This document shows, piece after piece, positions 24,701-38,100 of a stretch of DNA of 64,000 nt. The notes below the pieces were generated by a model. It was not told where the DNA came from, searched no databases, and saw only the letters and a program-made list of their open reading frames with translations. Positions within the stretch are counted from its first letter, which is position 1. Every line of letters begins with the position of its first letter. A program made the translations under genes and the position numbers. Origin of the DNA: Leucoraja erinacea. Its lineage: Eukaryota. The DNA is taken from NCBI RefSeq assembly GCF_028641065.1, contig NC_073394.1, positions 41,478,001-41,542,000 on the forward strand, given 5' to 3'.

Positions 24701-27700
24701 TGGACGACTATTTTTTTTACACAGAGGTGTGTTGGGGGTTGCCTGGAACATGCTGCGGAGGCAGAGCAGATTAATTTATGTTTGGCATGAACATTGTGGG
24801 CTGAAGGGCCTGTTCCTGTGCTGTACTCTGTTCAATGTTCTATATTTCATGCATTTATTCACTCGACTGAATGTGAACTGTCAGATAGTTTTAGCTGATC
24901 TCCTGGAAAACATTAGTTAGATAGATAGAGTGGACGTGGAGAGGATGGTTCCAGTACTGGGAGAGTCTAGGCCCAGAGGCCACAGCCTCAGAGTAAAAGG
25001 ACGTTCCTTTAGAATGGAGATGAGAAAGAATTTCTTTAGCCAGAAGGGGGTGAATCTGTGGAATTAATTGCCACAGGCAGTTGTGGAGGCCAAATCATTG
25101 GGTATTTCTAAAGCCAAATAAATTGATAGGTTTTAAAGAATTGATAGGTTTGTGATTCCTTTCTAAAGGTAGGTACGTCCTTTTATTCTGAGGCTGTTCC
25201 CTCTGGTCCTAGACTCTCCCACTTGTGGAAGCATCCTCTCCACATCCATTCATTTCTATTAACGTCTAACTTTCATCGGCTGATCTTTCTTTGTTCTTGA
25301 GGTGCACCAGCATTTTTCACCTCTGCATTTCCAGTTCTTTTGTCCTTGCATTCTGATTTTGATTCATTTTTTCATATCCTTGGCCTTATTTTTGTCTCTG
25401 ATCTACTTACTGATTCTCATGTTATTTATAAATGTGGAGATACCAAAAATGTAATGAGATATTGCGCCAGGTGTTCTTACATCCATATTTATTACAGTGG
25501 ATGTTTTATGTAGATGAATGATGAATTTGTTCTGATACTTTTAAAGTGACATAAACCTCTTCCAAAAGAAGAATAACATCAAAATGCATTTATTTTTCTA
25601 GTACCTCCTAAAGTGTCTGAAATCGCCAAACCACCACACATTATACATTTGGAAGAAACTGTTCTGACTTGTCACATTTCAGGATATAAGCCTGCAGACA
25701 TTTCGCTTTGTTGTTTTCTACAAAGAGAGGGAGGAAATAAAAGTGAGATTTTCCAATGGAGTTCTGCACCTGGCCACTCGCAAGCACCTGAAGCTATTGA
25801 CCAGCAAAGTCTTATTTGCAACGGCGACTCTGCAAAGGAGTCTTTCCACATTGAGATGACAGCTGTTACACATGATGGCCGCTCCAGTGCAAAATGCAAA
25901 ATTATATTCATCCCTGATATTGATAATGATGACGGAACTGTCCTCTTTCTTCACGTTTTACACAGCACTCTTGGAAAGCCTATTATTAAATCCATCCAAT
26001 TGAATGTTGAAGGAAGTAAGTATACACTGCAGCACACGGTGCAGCAGGTAGAGCTGCTGCCTCACAGGGACAGAGGCTCGGAGTTTGACCTGGGGTGTTG
26101 TCTGTGTGGAGTTTGCACGTTCTCCTTGTGACTGCTGGGTTTTCTCCCGGTGCTCCGGTTTCATCCCATATTCCAAAGACGTGCGGGTTTGTAGGTTAAT
26201 TGGCCTCTGTAAATTGCCCCTAGTGTTAAGGGAGTGGTTGAAAAAGTGGGATGACATAGAACTAGTGTGAACAGGTGATCGATGTTTGCTGTGGGTTTTT
26301 TTAATTGAAGGGTCTGTTCGCATGTTGTGTTTCTAAAGTAGACTAAATGATGTCAAGAAAACAATTATCTTTATTTGTTTATAAAAGCGTCTTACTAAAT
26401 CAATACCTCAGGTAAAATGTAGTTTAGCTTAGAGATACAGCATGGAAACAGGCGCTTCTACACACCAAGTCCACACCAAACATCGATCACCTGTTCCACA
26501 TTATTCCACTTCCTCACCTATTCCCTACACGCTGAGGGCATTAACCTACAAACCCACACGTCTTTGGGATGTGGGAGGAAACTCACGCGGTCATAGGGAG
26601 AATGTGCAAACTCCACACAGACAGCACCGGAGGTCAGGATCGAACCTGGATGTCCGGCTCTATGAGACAGCAGCTCTACCAGCTACACCACTGTTCCGCC
26701 CAAAATTACTCTGTTTTAAATATATACTTTTAAGTTAACCGTCCTTTCTGTAATTATATCTCACAAATAATCCAAAATACTATGCAGTAAATCTTACTAG
26801 TGTGTGTGGGTCTGTTAAAATGGCTGGATTGCAGTTACATCTCAACTGGATTTGAGTATAGGAGCAGGGAGGTTCTACTGCAGTTGTACAGGGTCTTGGT
26901 GAGACCACACCTGGAGTATTGCGTACAGTTTTGGTCTCCAAATCTGAGGAAAGGCATTCTTGCCATAGAGGGAGTGCAGAGAAGGTTCACCAGACTGATT
27001 CCTGGGATGTCAGGACTTTCATATATCTTTGGAATTCTCTGCCACAGAAGGTAGTTGAGGCCAGTTCATTGGCTATATTTAAGAGGGAGTTAGATGTGGC
27101 CCTTGTGGCTAAGGGGATCAAGGGGTGTGGAGAGAAGGCAGGTACAGGATACTGAGTTGGATGATCAGCCATGATCATATTGAATGGCGGTGCAGGCTCG
27201 AAGCGCCGAATGGCCTACTCCTGCACCTATTTTCTATGTTTCTATGTAACTGCACTAGACAAAATAAACTCAGCAAGTTTTATACAATGCACTGTAAATT
27301 CTAAAACCATGAAATCTTCTCTCCTTTTTCCTTTCTCAAATAAAAACAGTTGCACCAAAGATGACTAATATTATTGCTCCGCCTCACATTATTCATGAAG
27401 AGATGATTGCTCTGTCTTGTCCTATTGACGGATTTAAGCCAAGACCACTGGCCATCACTTGGTACCAAAAACCCAACATAGCAAACGAGAACATGGGATT
27501 GAAAGAAATTGTGAGAACTGTGTTTGGAAGCGAAGATGTTATTGCTGATTGGGATCTGCCTAAATATTCCCACTCTCTAAATGAGTTGGCCAATGAAGAC
27601 AATACTTATAGTGTCACCAGTTTCCTAAAATTTACACCGACGATTCTCGCAGACCATGAAACCGTGTACGTTTGTGAAGTTGAACATCCAGCTACGGCTT

Positions 27701-30700
27701 CAAATACACAACGTCAGGTCAAACTTGACGTAAAAGGTACAGTCTGAATTTCTCTATTCCTATTATGGATTGTAAGATACAATAGGAGCAGGCTCTTCCC
27801 CTCCGTACGTACTCCTGCAGTCTGGAATGTGCCAGTGGCCATCTGCTGGGAGACCAACAAGTTTCGGGCAGACCAAATAATGTATTTTACCAAATCTATA
27901 TGCAGGTTAGACCAGGCATCAGGATAATAATTCAGGTGAATGTGCTACCAATGTCCACTCTGGCTTAATATCAACACTTTTTAATTACCCTTTCAAAGTA
28001 GGTGGTAACGTGGACAGTGAAGATGAATATCAAAAATCACATTTGGCTTTTGATCATCTGTGCAAGTGGGCTATGGAATAGCCAATGGAGTTTAATGCAG
28101 ATCAATACAGTTTGTATGTTCTCCTTATGACTGTGTGGGTTTTCTCTGGGTGCTCTGGTCTCCCACACTTCAAAGACCTACAGATGTGTAGGTTAGTTGG
28201 CTTTTGTAAATTGTAAATTGCCCCGTGTGGAGGATTGTGGTAGAGTATGGGGCGATCGATGGTCGGCATGGACTCGGTTGGCTGAAGAGCCGGTTTCACT
28301 CTGTATCTCCAAAGTCTAAAGTGCCAGGTGCTGCATATTTGGTAAATCAAACCAAGGCAGAACCTTACAATGAATGGTAGGACCCTGGGAAATGTTGTAG
28401 AACAGAGGGACCTGGGAGTGCAGGTGCGTTGTTCCCTGAAAGTGGTGTCGAAGGTAGATAGGGTAATAAAGAAGGATTTTGGTACATTGGCCTTCATTTG
28501 TCATGGTATTGAGGATAGAAAGTTACAGTTGTACAAGTTGTTGGCGAGGCAACATTTAGTTGTTCAGTTTTGGTCACCCTGCTATAGGAAGGATGTCACT
28601 AAGCTTCAAGGAGTGAAGAGAAGATGTATGTGGATGTTGCTGGGACTTGAGGGCCTGAGCAAGAGGGAGAGTTTGAGCAGGTTAGAACTTTTTTTTGGAG
28701 CACAAGTTGGCTGATCTTATAGAGGCGTCTTTTACATAGGATAGGGGAATCAACAAACTGGTGGCATAGGTTTAAAGTGAAAGGGGCAAGATTTAGTAGA
28801 AATCTGAGGGGAAACGTTTTCAATCAGAAGGTATTGGGTGTGTGGAAAGAGTGCCAGAGGAGGTAGTTGAGACGGGTACTATAACAACATTTTAAAGACT
28901 TGAACAGATAGATACATGGATCGGAAAGGTTTAAAGGGATACAAGCCAAATGTCTATAAATGGGATGAGCTGAGATGGGGCATCTTGGTTGTGGACAAGC
29001 TTGACTGATGGGCCTATTTCCGTGTTATATGACTCGAACAAAAATCCCTGCAGAATGTCTGAACCTTTCACAGCTTTTTCCTTCCCCTTTCTCTTCAGCA
29101 ATCCCAGAATGTGAAGACATTAAGTTGGCGCCGGAAATCCCAATTGCAGAAGAATTTGCTGTTTCAACCTGCAGGATACATTCCTTCTTCCCAAAGAACA
29201 TTACAGTTACTTGGAAAATGGATAACAAACTAATGCAGGAAACTAAAGCTGAAAATGAACCCACCTTGGGCCCCGATGGTCGTTATAGCTTCACAGATCT
29301 TCTGAAGTTCATCCCTGCGAGAGAAGACCTTGGAAAGATATTAACCTGCAAATTCCAGCATGAAAGTATCATCGGCGCAAAAAGAACTGACCATAAATTG
29401 GATAAACTGAGTAAGGGAATGTTTTATTTATTTTTTATTTTGAAAGATTGAATATCGGAGTCCATTGTTGATCATTTACCTAGAGTGATAGAGCATGGAA
29501 ACAGGCCCTTTGGCCCAACTTGCCCACACCAGCCAACATGTCCCAGCTACACTAGTCCACCCCTGCTTGCATTTGGTTCATATCCCTCCAAACCTGTCCT
29601 AACCATGTACCTGTTTAACTGTTTCTTAAACATTGGGATAGTCCCAGCCTCGACTACCTCCTCTGGCAGCTCGTTCCACACACCCACCACCCTTTGTGTG
29701 AACACGTAACCCCACAGATTTCTATCAAATCTTTTCCCCTTCACCTTCAACCTATGTCCTCGATTCACCTAATCTGGGCAAGAGACTCTGTGCATCTACC
29801 TGATCTATTCCTCTCATAATTTTATACACCTATATAAGATCACCCTTCACCGCCCCAGCACTTCAAGGTCCAAGTTATATAAAGGAATATATATAGGAGG
29901 ATAGTCAAATAAGAATATAAAGCAGGATAGTAAAAGCTTCTTTAGGTATGTGAAGAGGAAAAAAGTACTTAAGACCAAAGTTGGACCCTTGAAGACTGAA
30001 AAAGGTGAATTTATTATGGGGAACAAGGAAATGGCAGATGAGTTGAACAGGTACTTTGGATCCATCTTCACTAAGGAGGACACAAACAATCTTCCAGATA
30101 TACTACTGGCCAGAGGATCTGGAGTGACGGAGGAACTGAAGGAAATCCACATTAGGCAGGAAATGGTGTTGGGTAGACTGATGGGACTGAAGGCTGATAA
30201 ATCCCCAGGGCCTGATGGTCTGCATCCCAGGGTACTTAAGGGAGTGGCTCTTGAAATCGTGGATGCATGGTGATAATTTTCCAATGTTCTATAGATTCAG
30301 GATCAGTTCCTGTGGATTGGAGGGTAGCTAATGTTATCCCACTTTTTAAGAAAGGAGGGAGAGAGAAAACAGGGAATTATAGGCCAGTTAGCCTGACATC
30401 CGTGGTGGGGAAGATGCTGGAGTCAATTATAAAAAATGAAATACCGGCACATTTGGATAGCAGTAACAGAATCGGTCTGAGTCAGCATGGATTTATGAAG
30501 GCTTGACTAATGTTCTGGAATTTTTTGAGGATGTAACTTGGAAAATGGACAAGGAGCCAGTGGATGTAGTGTACCTGGACTTTCAGAAAGCATTTGATAA
30601 GGTCCCACATGGGAGATTAGTGGGTAAAATTAGGGCACATCGTATTGGGGGTAGAGTGCTGACATGGATAGAAAATTGGTTGGCAGAGAGGAAACAAAGA

Positions 30701-33700
30701 GTAGGGATTAACGGGTCTCTTTCAGAATGGCAGGCTGTGACTAGTGGGGTACCGCAAGGCTCAGTGCTGGGACTGCAGTTATTTACAATTTACATCAATG
30801 ATTTAGATGAAAGGATTCATAGTAACATTAGCAAATTTGCAGATGACCCAAAGCTGGGTGGCAGTGTGAACTGTGAGTAGGATGCTATGAGAATGCAGGG
30901 TGACTTGGACAGGTTGGGGGAGTGGGCAGATGCATGGCAGATGAAGTTTAATGCGGATAAATGTAAGGTTATCCACTTTGGTAGCAAAAACAGGAAGGCC
31001 GATTACTATCTAAATGGCGTCAAGTTGGGAAAAGGGGAAGCACAACGGGATCTGGGGGTCCTTGTTCATCAGTCAATGAAAGTAAGCATGCAGGTACAGA
31101 AGGCAGTGAAGAAAGCGAATTGCATGTTGGCCTTTATAACAAGAGGATTTGAGTATAGGAGCAAAGAGGTCCTTCTGCAGTTGTATAGGGCCCTAGTGCA
31201 ACCACACCTGGAGTATTGTGTGCAGTTTTGGTCCCCTAATTTGAGGAAGGACATTCTTGCTATTGAGGGAGTGCAGCTTGGGTTTATAAGGTTAATTCCC
31301 GGGATGGCAGGACTGTCATATGCTGAGAGAATGGAGCTGCTGGGCTTGTACACTCTGGAGTTTAGAAGGATGAGAGGATATCTTATTGAAACATATAAGA
31401 TTGTTAAGGGTTTGGACACACTAGAGGCAGGAAACATGTTCCCGATGTTGGGGGAGTCCAGAACCAGGGGCCACAGTGACAATTAAACACTTTTTTTCAC
31501 AGAGAGTTGTGAGTTTGTGGAATTCTCTGCCTCGGTGGATACTTTGGATAAGTTCTCTGGATACGGTGAATAGGTTCTCGGGATACTTTCAAGAGAGCTA
31601 GATAGGGCTCTTAAAAATATCGGAGTCGGGGGATATGGGGAGGGCAGGAACGAGGTAGTGATTGGGGATGATCAGCCATGATCACATTAAATGGCGGTGC
31701 TGGCTCGAAGGGCCGAATGGCCTACTCCTGCACCTATTGTCTGAGTTCCAATCTTAAATTGCAAGAATTAGTGACAAACACAAAGTGCTGGAGGAACTCA
31801 GTGGAGTGGGCAACACCTCTGGAGAAAATTGATGGGTGATGTTTTGGGTCGGGACCCATCTTCAGACCGTTCTTCAGTCCCAATCCAAAACGTCATCTAT
31901 CCATGTTCTCCAGAGATGCTACCTGACCTGCTGAGTTATTACTGAATACTCTCTAGAATTTAGGAGATTGAGAGGGGATCTTATAGAAACTTACAAAATT
32001 CTTAAGGGGTTAGACAGGCTAGATGCAGGAAGATTGTTTCCGATGTTGGGGAAGTCCAGGACAAGGGGTCACAGCTTAAGGATAAGGGGGAAATCCTTTA
32101 AAACCGAGATGAGAAGAACTTTTTTCACACAGAGAGTGGTGAATCTCTGGAACTCTCTGCCACAGAGGGTAGTTGAGGCCAGTTCATTGGCTATATTTAA
32201 GAGGGGGTCAGATGTGGCCCTTGTGGCTAAGGGGATCAGGGGGTATGGAGAGAAGGCAGGTACGGGATACTGAGTTGGATGATCAGCCATGATCATATTG
32301 AATGGCGGTGCAGGCTCGAAGGGCCGAATGGCCTACTCCTGCACCTATTTTCTATGTTTCTATGTTACTGCCATTTAATTTGGCCATTCAGCCTATCAAG
32401 TCTACTTCATCATCGATTCATAGTTGACCTATCTTTCCCCCTCAACCCCCTTCTCCTGCCTTCTCCCCATAACCCCCGACACCCGTACTAATCACCCCTG
32501 TCAACCCCCACCTTAAAAATATCCATTGACTTGGCTTCCACAGCCTTTTGTGGCAATGAATTCCACAGATTTCACACACTCTGACTAAATAAATTCTTCC
32601 TCATCTCCTTTGAAAAGATACATTGAAGTGTGATGATAATCCCGAAATGAAGGCGAGGAGCCCGGTGTTTCGGGAAGCATTTTATTTGCTGTCCTTCTCC
32701 TGACCAGACAAGTCTGCAAGAGAGAGATTGCACCTAAATGTCCTTTATCCCTGTAGCTAAGGGCCGCCCCCGGACTCATCCATGCCCGTGCCGAGGAGTT
32801 CGATAGTGGAAATGACCCGACTCTTGGGAGCCGTCACAACATCATTTTATTCTGAGGCTGTGGCCTGTGGTCGGAGAATCTCCCACTAGTAGAAACATCC
32901 TCTCCACATTCACTCCATGTCTATTTTATGTCTATCTTTGGTATAAACCAGCATCTGCATTTGCTTTTGTATTACATTCTATCCAAGAGTTAATGTTGTT
33001 TTGTTTTTTTGCAGCGTCTCCACCGTTATTGGACGACATGAAAATTGAACCACAAAATCCCAAACCAGGAGATTTGACAACATTCTCGTGCCATGCACGT
33101 GGCTTCTATCCAAAGGATGTTAAGTTCATGTGGTTCAAAAATGAGAAGATGATTGATGATAATGAGATCACTTTTACTGACCCAGAGATCGATAAAAACA
33201 CTGGCTTCTTCTGCAGTGAAAGTCGGTGGAAGTATAAGATTTTACCTGATGACCATCAAATCAATTTCAAAGTTGAGGCTCTTCACTTTCAAACTGTTCA
33301 TCGACCCGCTAAGGTCTTTCACACCTTACACCTTGGAGGTATGTCATAGTCATACAGCCTGGAAACGGGCCCAGTTGCTCAACTTGTCCACACCGACCAA
33401 CATGTCCCATCTACACTAGTACCACCTGCTTACGTTTGGCCCATATCTCACTAAACCTGTCCTATCCAAGTACCTACCTAATTGTATACACCCACCACTC
33501 TTTGTGTGAGAAAGTTACCCCTCAGATTCATATTAAACCTTTCCCCCATTTACCTTGAATCTATGTCCCCTGGTTCTTGATTCCCTTTCTCTTGGCAAGC
33601 GACTGAGTCTACCTGCTCTATTCCTCTCATGATCTTGTCATGCGTTCATCATCTATTTTGTGGCTTGGACTAGTTTGGTTTCCCCGCCTTTTTCTTCTTC

Positions 33701-35136
33701 CTGTCTGAAGAAAGGTCCCAACTGTATATGATATTATGGAGACATATATAATGTCGACAGTCAGAACCTTATTCCCCAGGGTGGAAATACAAAGAATGCA
33801 AGGCATAGCTATTAATCGAGAGGTGGTAACTTTAACGGAGATGTGTGGGGCAAGTTTTTTTTTTAGACAGAGTGTGGTGGGTGTCTGGAATGAGCTGCTA
33901 CGGGTAGTGGTGGAGGCAGATACGGTGGCGGTGTTTAAATTGCATTTAAATAGGCACATGGATATGCAGGGAATGGAGGGATAGGGTTCAATTATCGGTC
34001 GATGAGATCAGTTTAGCTCGGCACCATGTTCGGCACAAACGTCATAGGCCGAAGGTCCCGTTTCTGTGGTGTACTGTTCTATGTAACCTGAAAAATCTTT
34101 TGTCCATGTTGGCCACAGATGCTGCCTGACCCACTGAGTTGCTCCAGCACTTTGTGCTATTACTGCAATAATTTTATCTGATGAGTTCTCCTGGGCTTCT
34201 AAGCATTGTACTGCAATAAAATTTAATCAGGTTATAGAAGTTCTTGAACACACAACGGCCTGCAAATGCAGGTTTACAAAAAAAGCCACACAGTGCTGAA
34301 GTAACTCATCGGGTCAGGCAGCATCTCTGGAGAGCATGGGTGGAAGACCATTCTTCAGATTGATTGTTGGGGGGGGGGGGGGAGAAAGCCAGAAAAAAGG
34401 TGGGGAGGTGACGAAGCCTGGCAAGTGTTAGGTGGATACATGTGAGGGGATGGGTTTGATTATCAGATGCGGTGGACAAAGGCTAGGGATGAAAAGGTGA
34501 CAAAAGAGTGTCAAAAAAAGAGAGACGAGGAGTGAAAGTTTTTTCAAAGAACTTTGATATTTGAAGAAAAACCTAGTTGGGAAATGTGGCGACTCTTGTG
34601 TAGGCCATTCGGCTCATCAAGTCTACTCCGCCATTCAATCATGACTGATCTCTCTCTCCATCTTAATCTCATTCTCCTGCCTTCTCCCCATAACCCCTGA
34701 CAACCGTATTAATCAAGAACTAATCAAATGTAATCTACTATTCTGACACTCTTGTAGTTAGGTTTGTTAGTGTATATATGTAGTAAGATTCTATTAGATT
34801 GTATGCAAAAGAAGAATTTGACTGTACCTAGCTATAGACTTGTGACAATAACTTACAGGTCCACCATTAATTTCCCCGCACCCTTGGTTCCAGAGCCTTG
34901 CTGGATTATCTGTTTTGCTGGACCAATAGAGGTCACAGCCTCTGAGACGAGTCTAGCGGTACCGGAACGGTCCACCTAGGCCGCTGACACCTGCCTCGGA
35001 AGTTGGCTTTGGGGACAGATCTGCCGGCCACAGGGGGAAAATGTCTCGCCAGTCGGCCGCGGAAGTCATGATGAGGTCGAGGTCGGCTGTTTCACCAAGC
35101 CGAGGCTTCACATTTTTGGGGTGACTTCCCAGGGGT

Positions 35137-35174
<38 letters not shown>

Positions 35175-38100
35175 AAATAAAAAGTGCACTCTCCTAATTT
35201 TGTCTGGATTAAAGGTGTTGTTCCACCAGGTGCTGGAAAATCAGTGGTGAACCTGTACCTTTGATCCTGTTGCAATGTGAAGCCAAAGCGAGGGATACAG
35301 GTGGAAGGGGAGGGGTGAGATAATAGGATAAATGGATGTGTACCAGTGTGGGGCACTGTGAGGAGAAGGGGACATCTTATTACCCAGCATTGCACAAGGT
35401 TAAGGGCGGACTTGATAGAGGTCTTATAATGATGAGAGGGATAGACAGAGTTGACGTGGATAAGCTTTTTTCCGTTGAGAGTAGGGAAGATTCAAACAAG
35501 AGGACATGATTTGAGAATTAGGGGACAGAAGTTTAGGGGTAACATGAGGGGGAACTTATTTACTCAGAGAGTGGTAGCTGTGTGGAAGGAGCTTCCAGTG
35601 GAAGTGGTGGAGGCAGGTTCGTTTTTATCATTTAAAAATAAATTTGATAGATATATGGACGGGAAAGGAATGGAGGGTTATGGTCTGAGTGCAGGTAGAT
35701 GGGACTAGGGGAGAATAAGTGTTCGGCATGGACTAGAAGGGCCGAGATGGCCGATTAGGAAAAGGGGAGATGCAACGAGACCTGGGTGTCATGGTACACC
35801 AGTCATTGAAAGTAGGCATGCAGGTGCAGCAGGCAGTGAAGAAGGCGAATGGTATGTTAGCATTCATAGCAAAAGGACTTGAGTGTAGGAGCAGGGAGGT
35901 TCTACTGCAGTTGTACAGGGTCTTACTGAGATCACACCTGGAGTATTGCGTACAGTTTTGGTCTCCTAATCTGAGGAAGGACATTCTTGCCATAGAGGGA
36001 GTACAGAGAAGGTTCACCAGGCTGATTCCTGGGATGTCAGGACTTTCATATGAAGAAAGACTGGATAGATTTGGCTTGTACTCGCTAGAATTTAGAAGAT
36101 TTGGGGGGGATCTTATAGAAACTTACAAAAACAAGATGCAGGAAGATTGTTCCTGATGTTGGGGAAGTCCAGAACAAGGGGTCACAGTTTAAGGATAAGG
36201 GGGAAATCTTTTAGGACCGAGATGAGTGTTGAATCTTTGGAATTCTCTGCCACAGAATGTAGTTGACGCCAGTTCATTGGCTATTTTTAAGAGGGATGTG
36301 GCCCTTGTGGCTAAAGGGATCAGGAGGTATGGAGAGAAGGCAAGTACAGGATACTGAGTTGGATGATCAGCCATGATCATATTGAATGGCGGTGCAGGCT
36401 CGAAGGGCCGAATGGCCTACTGCTGCACCTATTTTCTTTGTTTCTATGTTTCCGTGCTGTAATGATTATATGGTTAAGTCAATGTTCATACAACCATCCT
36501 ACCAACAATTAGTGAGCAGTCCTGACCAAAGATCCTATAGCGGAGCAAGATAGGCTACTCCTGCGAAATGCAATGGGCTGACGTGTAGTACGCTATGGAG
36601 GGGATCCTGGGCATTTTTCCCCGCCCATTTTAGTAACCGGAGCCTACCTGACCCGACCCGACTCGCAGTGTAATCAATGTTGCGGGGGAACAGTTTGTGT
36701 GTGTGATATAGGGTTAGATTCATAATTCTGTTAGTTCATACTTCTGTTCATTCTTGTTAAAGAATTAAATGTTTATAAACACACAGACATGAATGTGATA
36801 TAAATGTATATACTCATATAACACACAGAATTATAGTTCTTCTGATTTTTATATCCAATAATGAACTTTATTTCAGACTAGACAAGGGACATTAAATAAG
36901 AAACATTGTAAACCTCCCCGCAACTTCACACACACTAAGCCCTAATCCCCCCCCCCCAGCACTCCCTTGCCTCCCCCCACACTACAATGTCTCCCCCCCT
37001 ATGCCGTAGTCCCTTAACCCACCAGCCCTCAGCCCTCAACCCCACATCTCTCCCCATGCTTTCTGCACCCCAGGCCCCTACCCCACCTCTCTCTCCCAAA
37101 GATCTTATACCGGAGCTCCGCTATAAGATCTTTGCTCTCTCCCTCCCCTGGCCCTACCTAACCTTCCTGCGCCACCACTACCCCACTTGCACTACTCTCT
37201 TCCTCTCTCCCCGCTGCCCCGGGCCGCGCACCCCTCTTCCCGCTGCCCCAGACCGCACACCCCCCTCTCCCCGGGCCGTGCACCCCTTCTCCCCAACCAA
37301 GTCAGAGACTTGCGAAGATACGGGAGCGGAGGTGGAAGCAAAGATCCGATCTTTGGCCGGAAGCAAGATGGCGGAACAAGATGGCGTAGGCTGGTTGCTA
37401 AAATGAGTCCTATAATCACCCATGAATCTGCCCAGGAGTAGGCCATCTTGCTCTGCTATAAGATCTTTGGTCCTGACCTACCCTCTACCATCAGACTGTA
37501 ATTGATCAGACTTTACTGTACTTTATATTGCACTAAACTATATTCAAGTTACTCCCTGTATCCTGTATCTACACCGAGGATGGCTCTAATGCAATCACGT
37601 ATAGCCTGTCCACTGACTGGAGAGCACACATACTTCGGTACACGTGACAACAAAACTAAAATAAATGCCAGTTTGAGTGCAATTGTTCTGGGAAAAGGCA
37701 GATTTGTTTACCGCAACTGCACTATAATACAATTGGGCAATATCTAAACTTTGCTTTATTTTTCCAAATAGGAACTCCAATGCTTTCTGATATCATTCTT
37801 GAGCCAGAAACTCCATTCTATGGCCAGCCTCTAGTTCTTAAATGCAACGTGACCAATTTTTCTCAGAATGGAATCTCCACCAATTGGCTAATGGACAATG
37901 AACCTATTTTGAAAGGAGTCAGGAATACAGACCCCAGGGAGGAACAAGATGGATTTTATCAGTTGTGCTCCTGTCTGGACCTGACACCCACAGCTTTACA
38001 TTACAACAAGAAACTTGTCTTTGAGGTGAAAAATGAAGTTACATCTGAAGTTATTACCAAACACTTATATTTACCACTTCCAGGTAAGTGAAACTGGTGG

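Noticed and set aside
32628-32837. Possible solo LTR (TGTGA...TCACA)
   Set aside because: No clean TSD, so support is insufficient.
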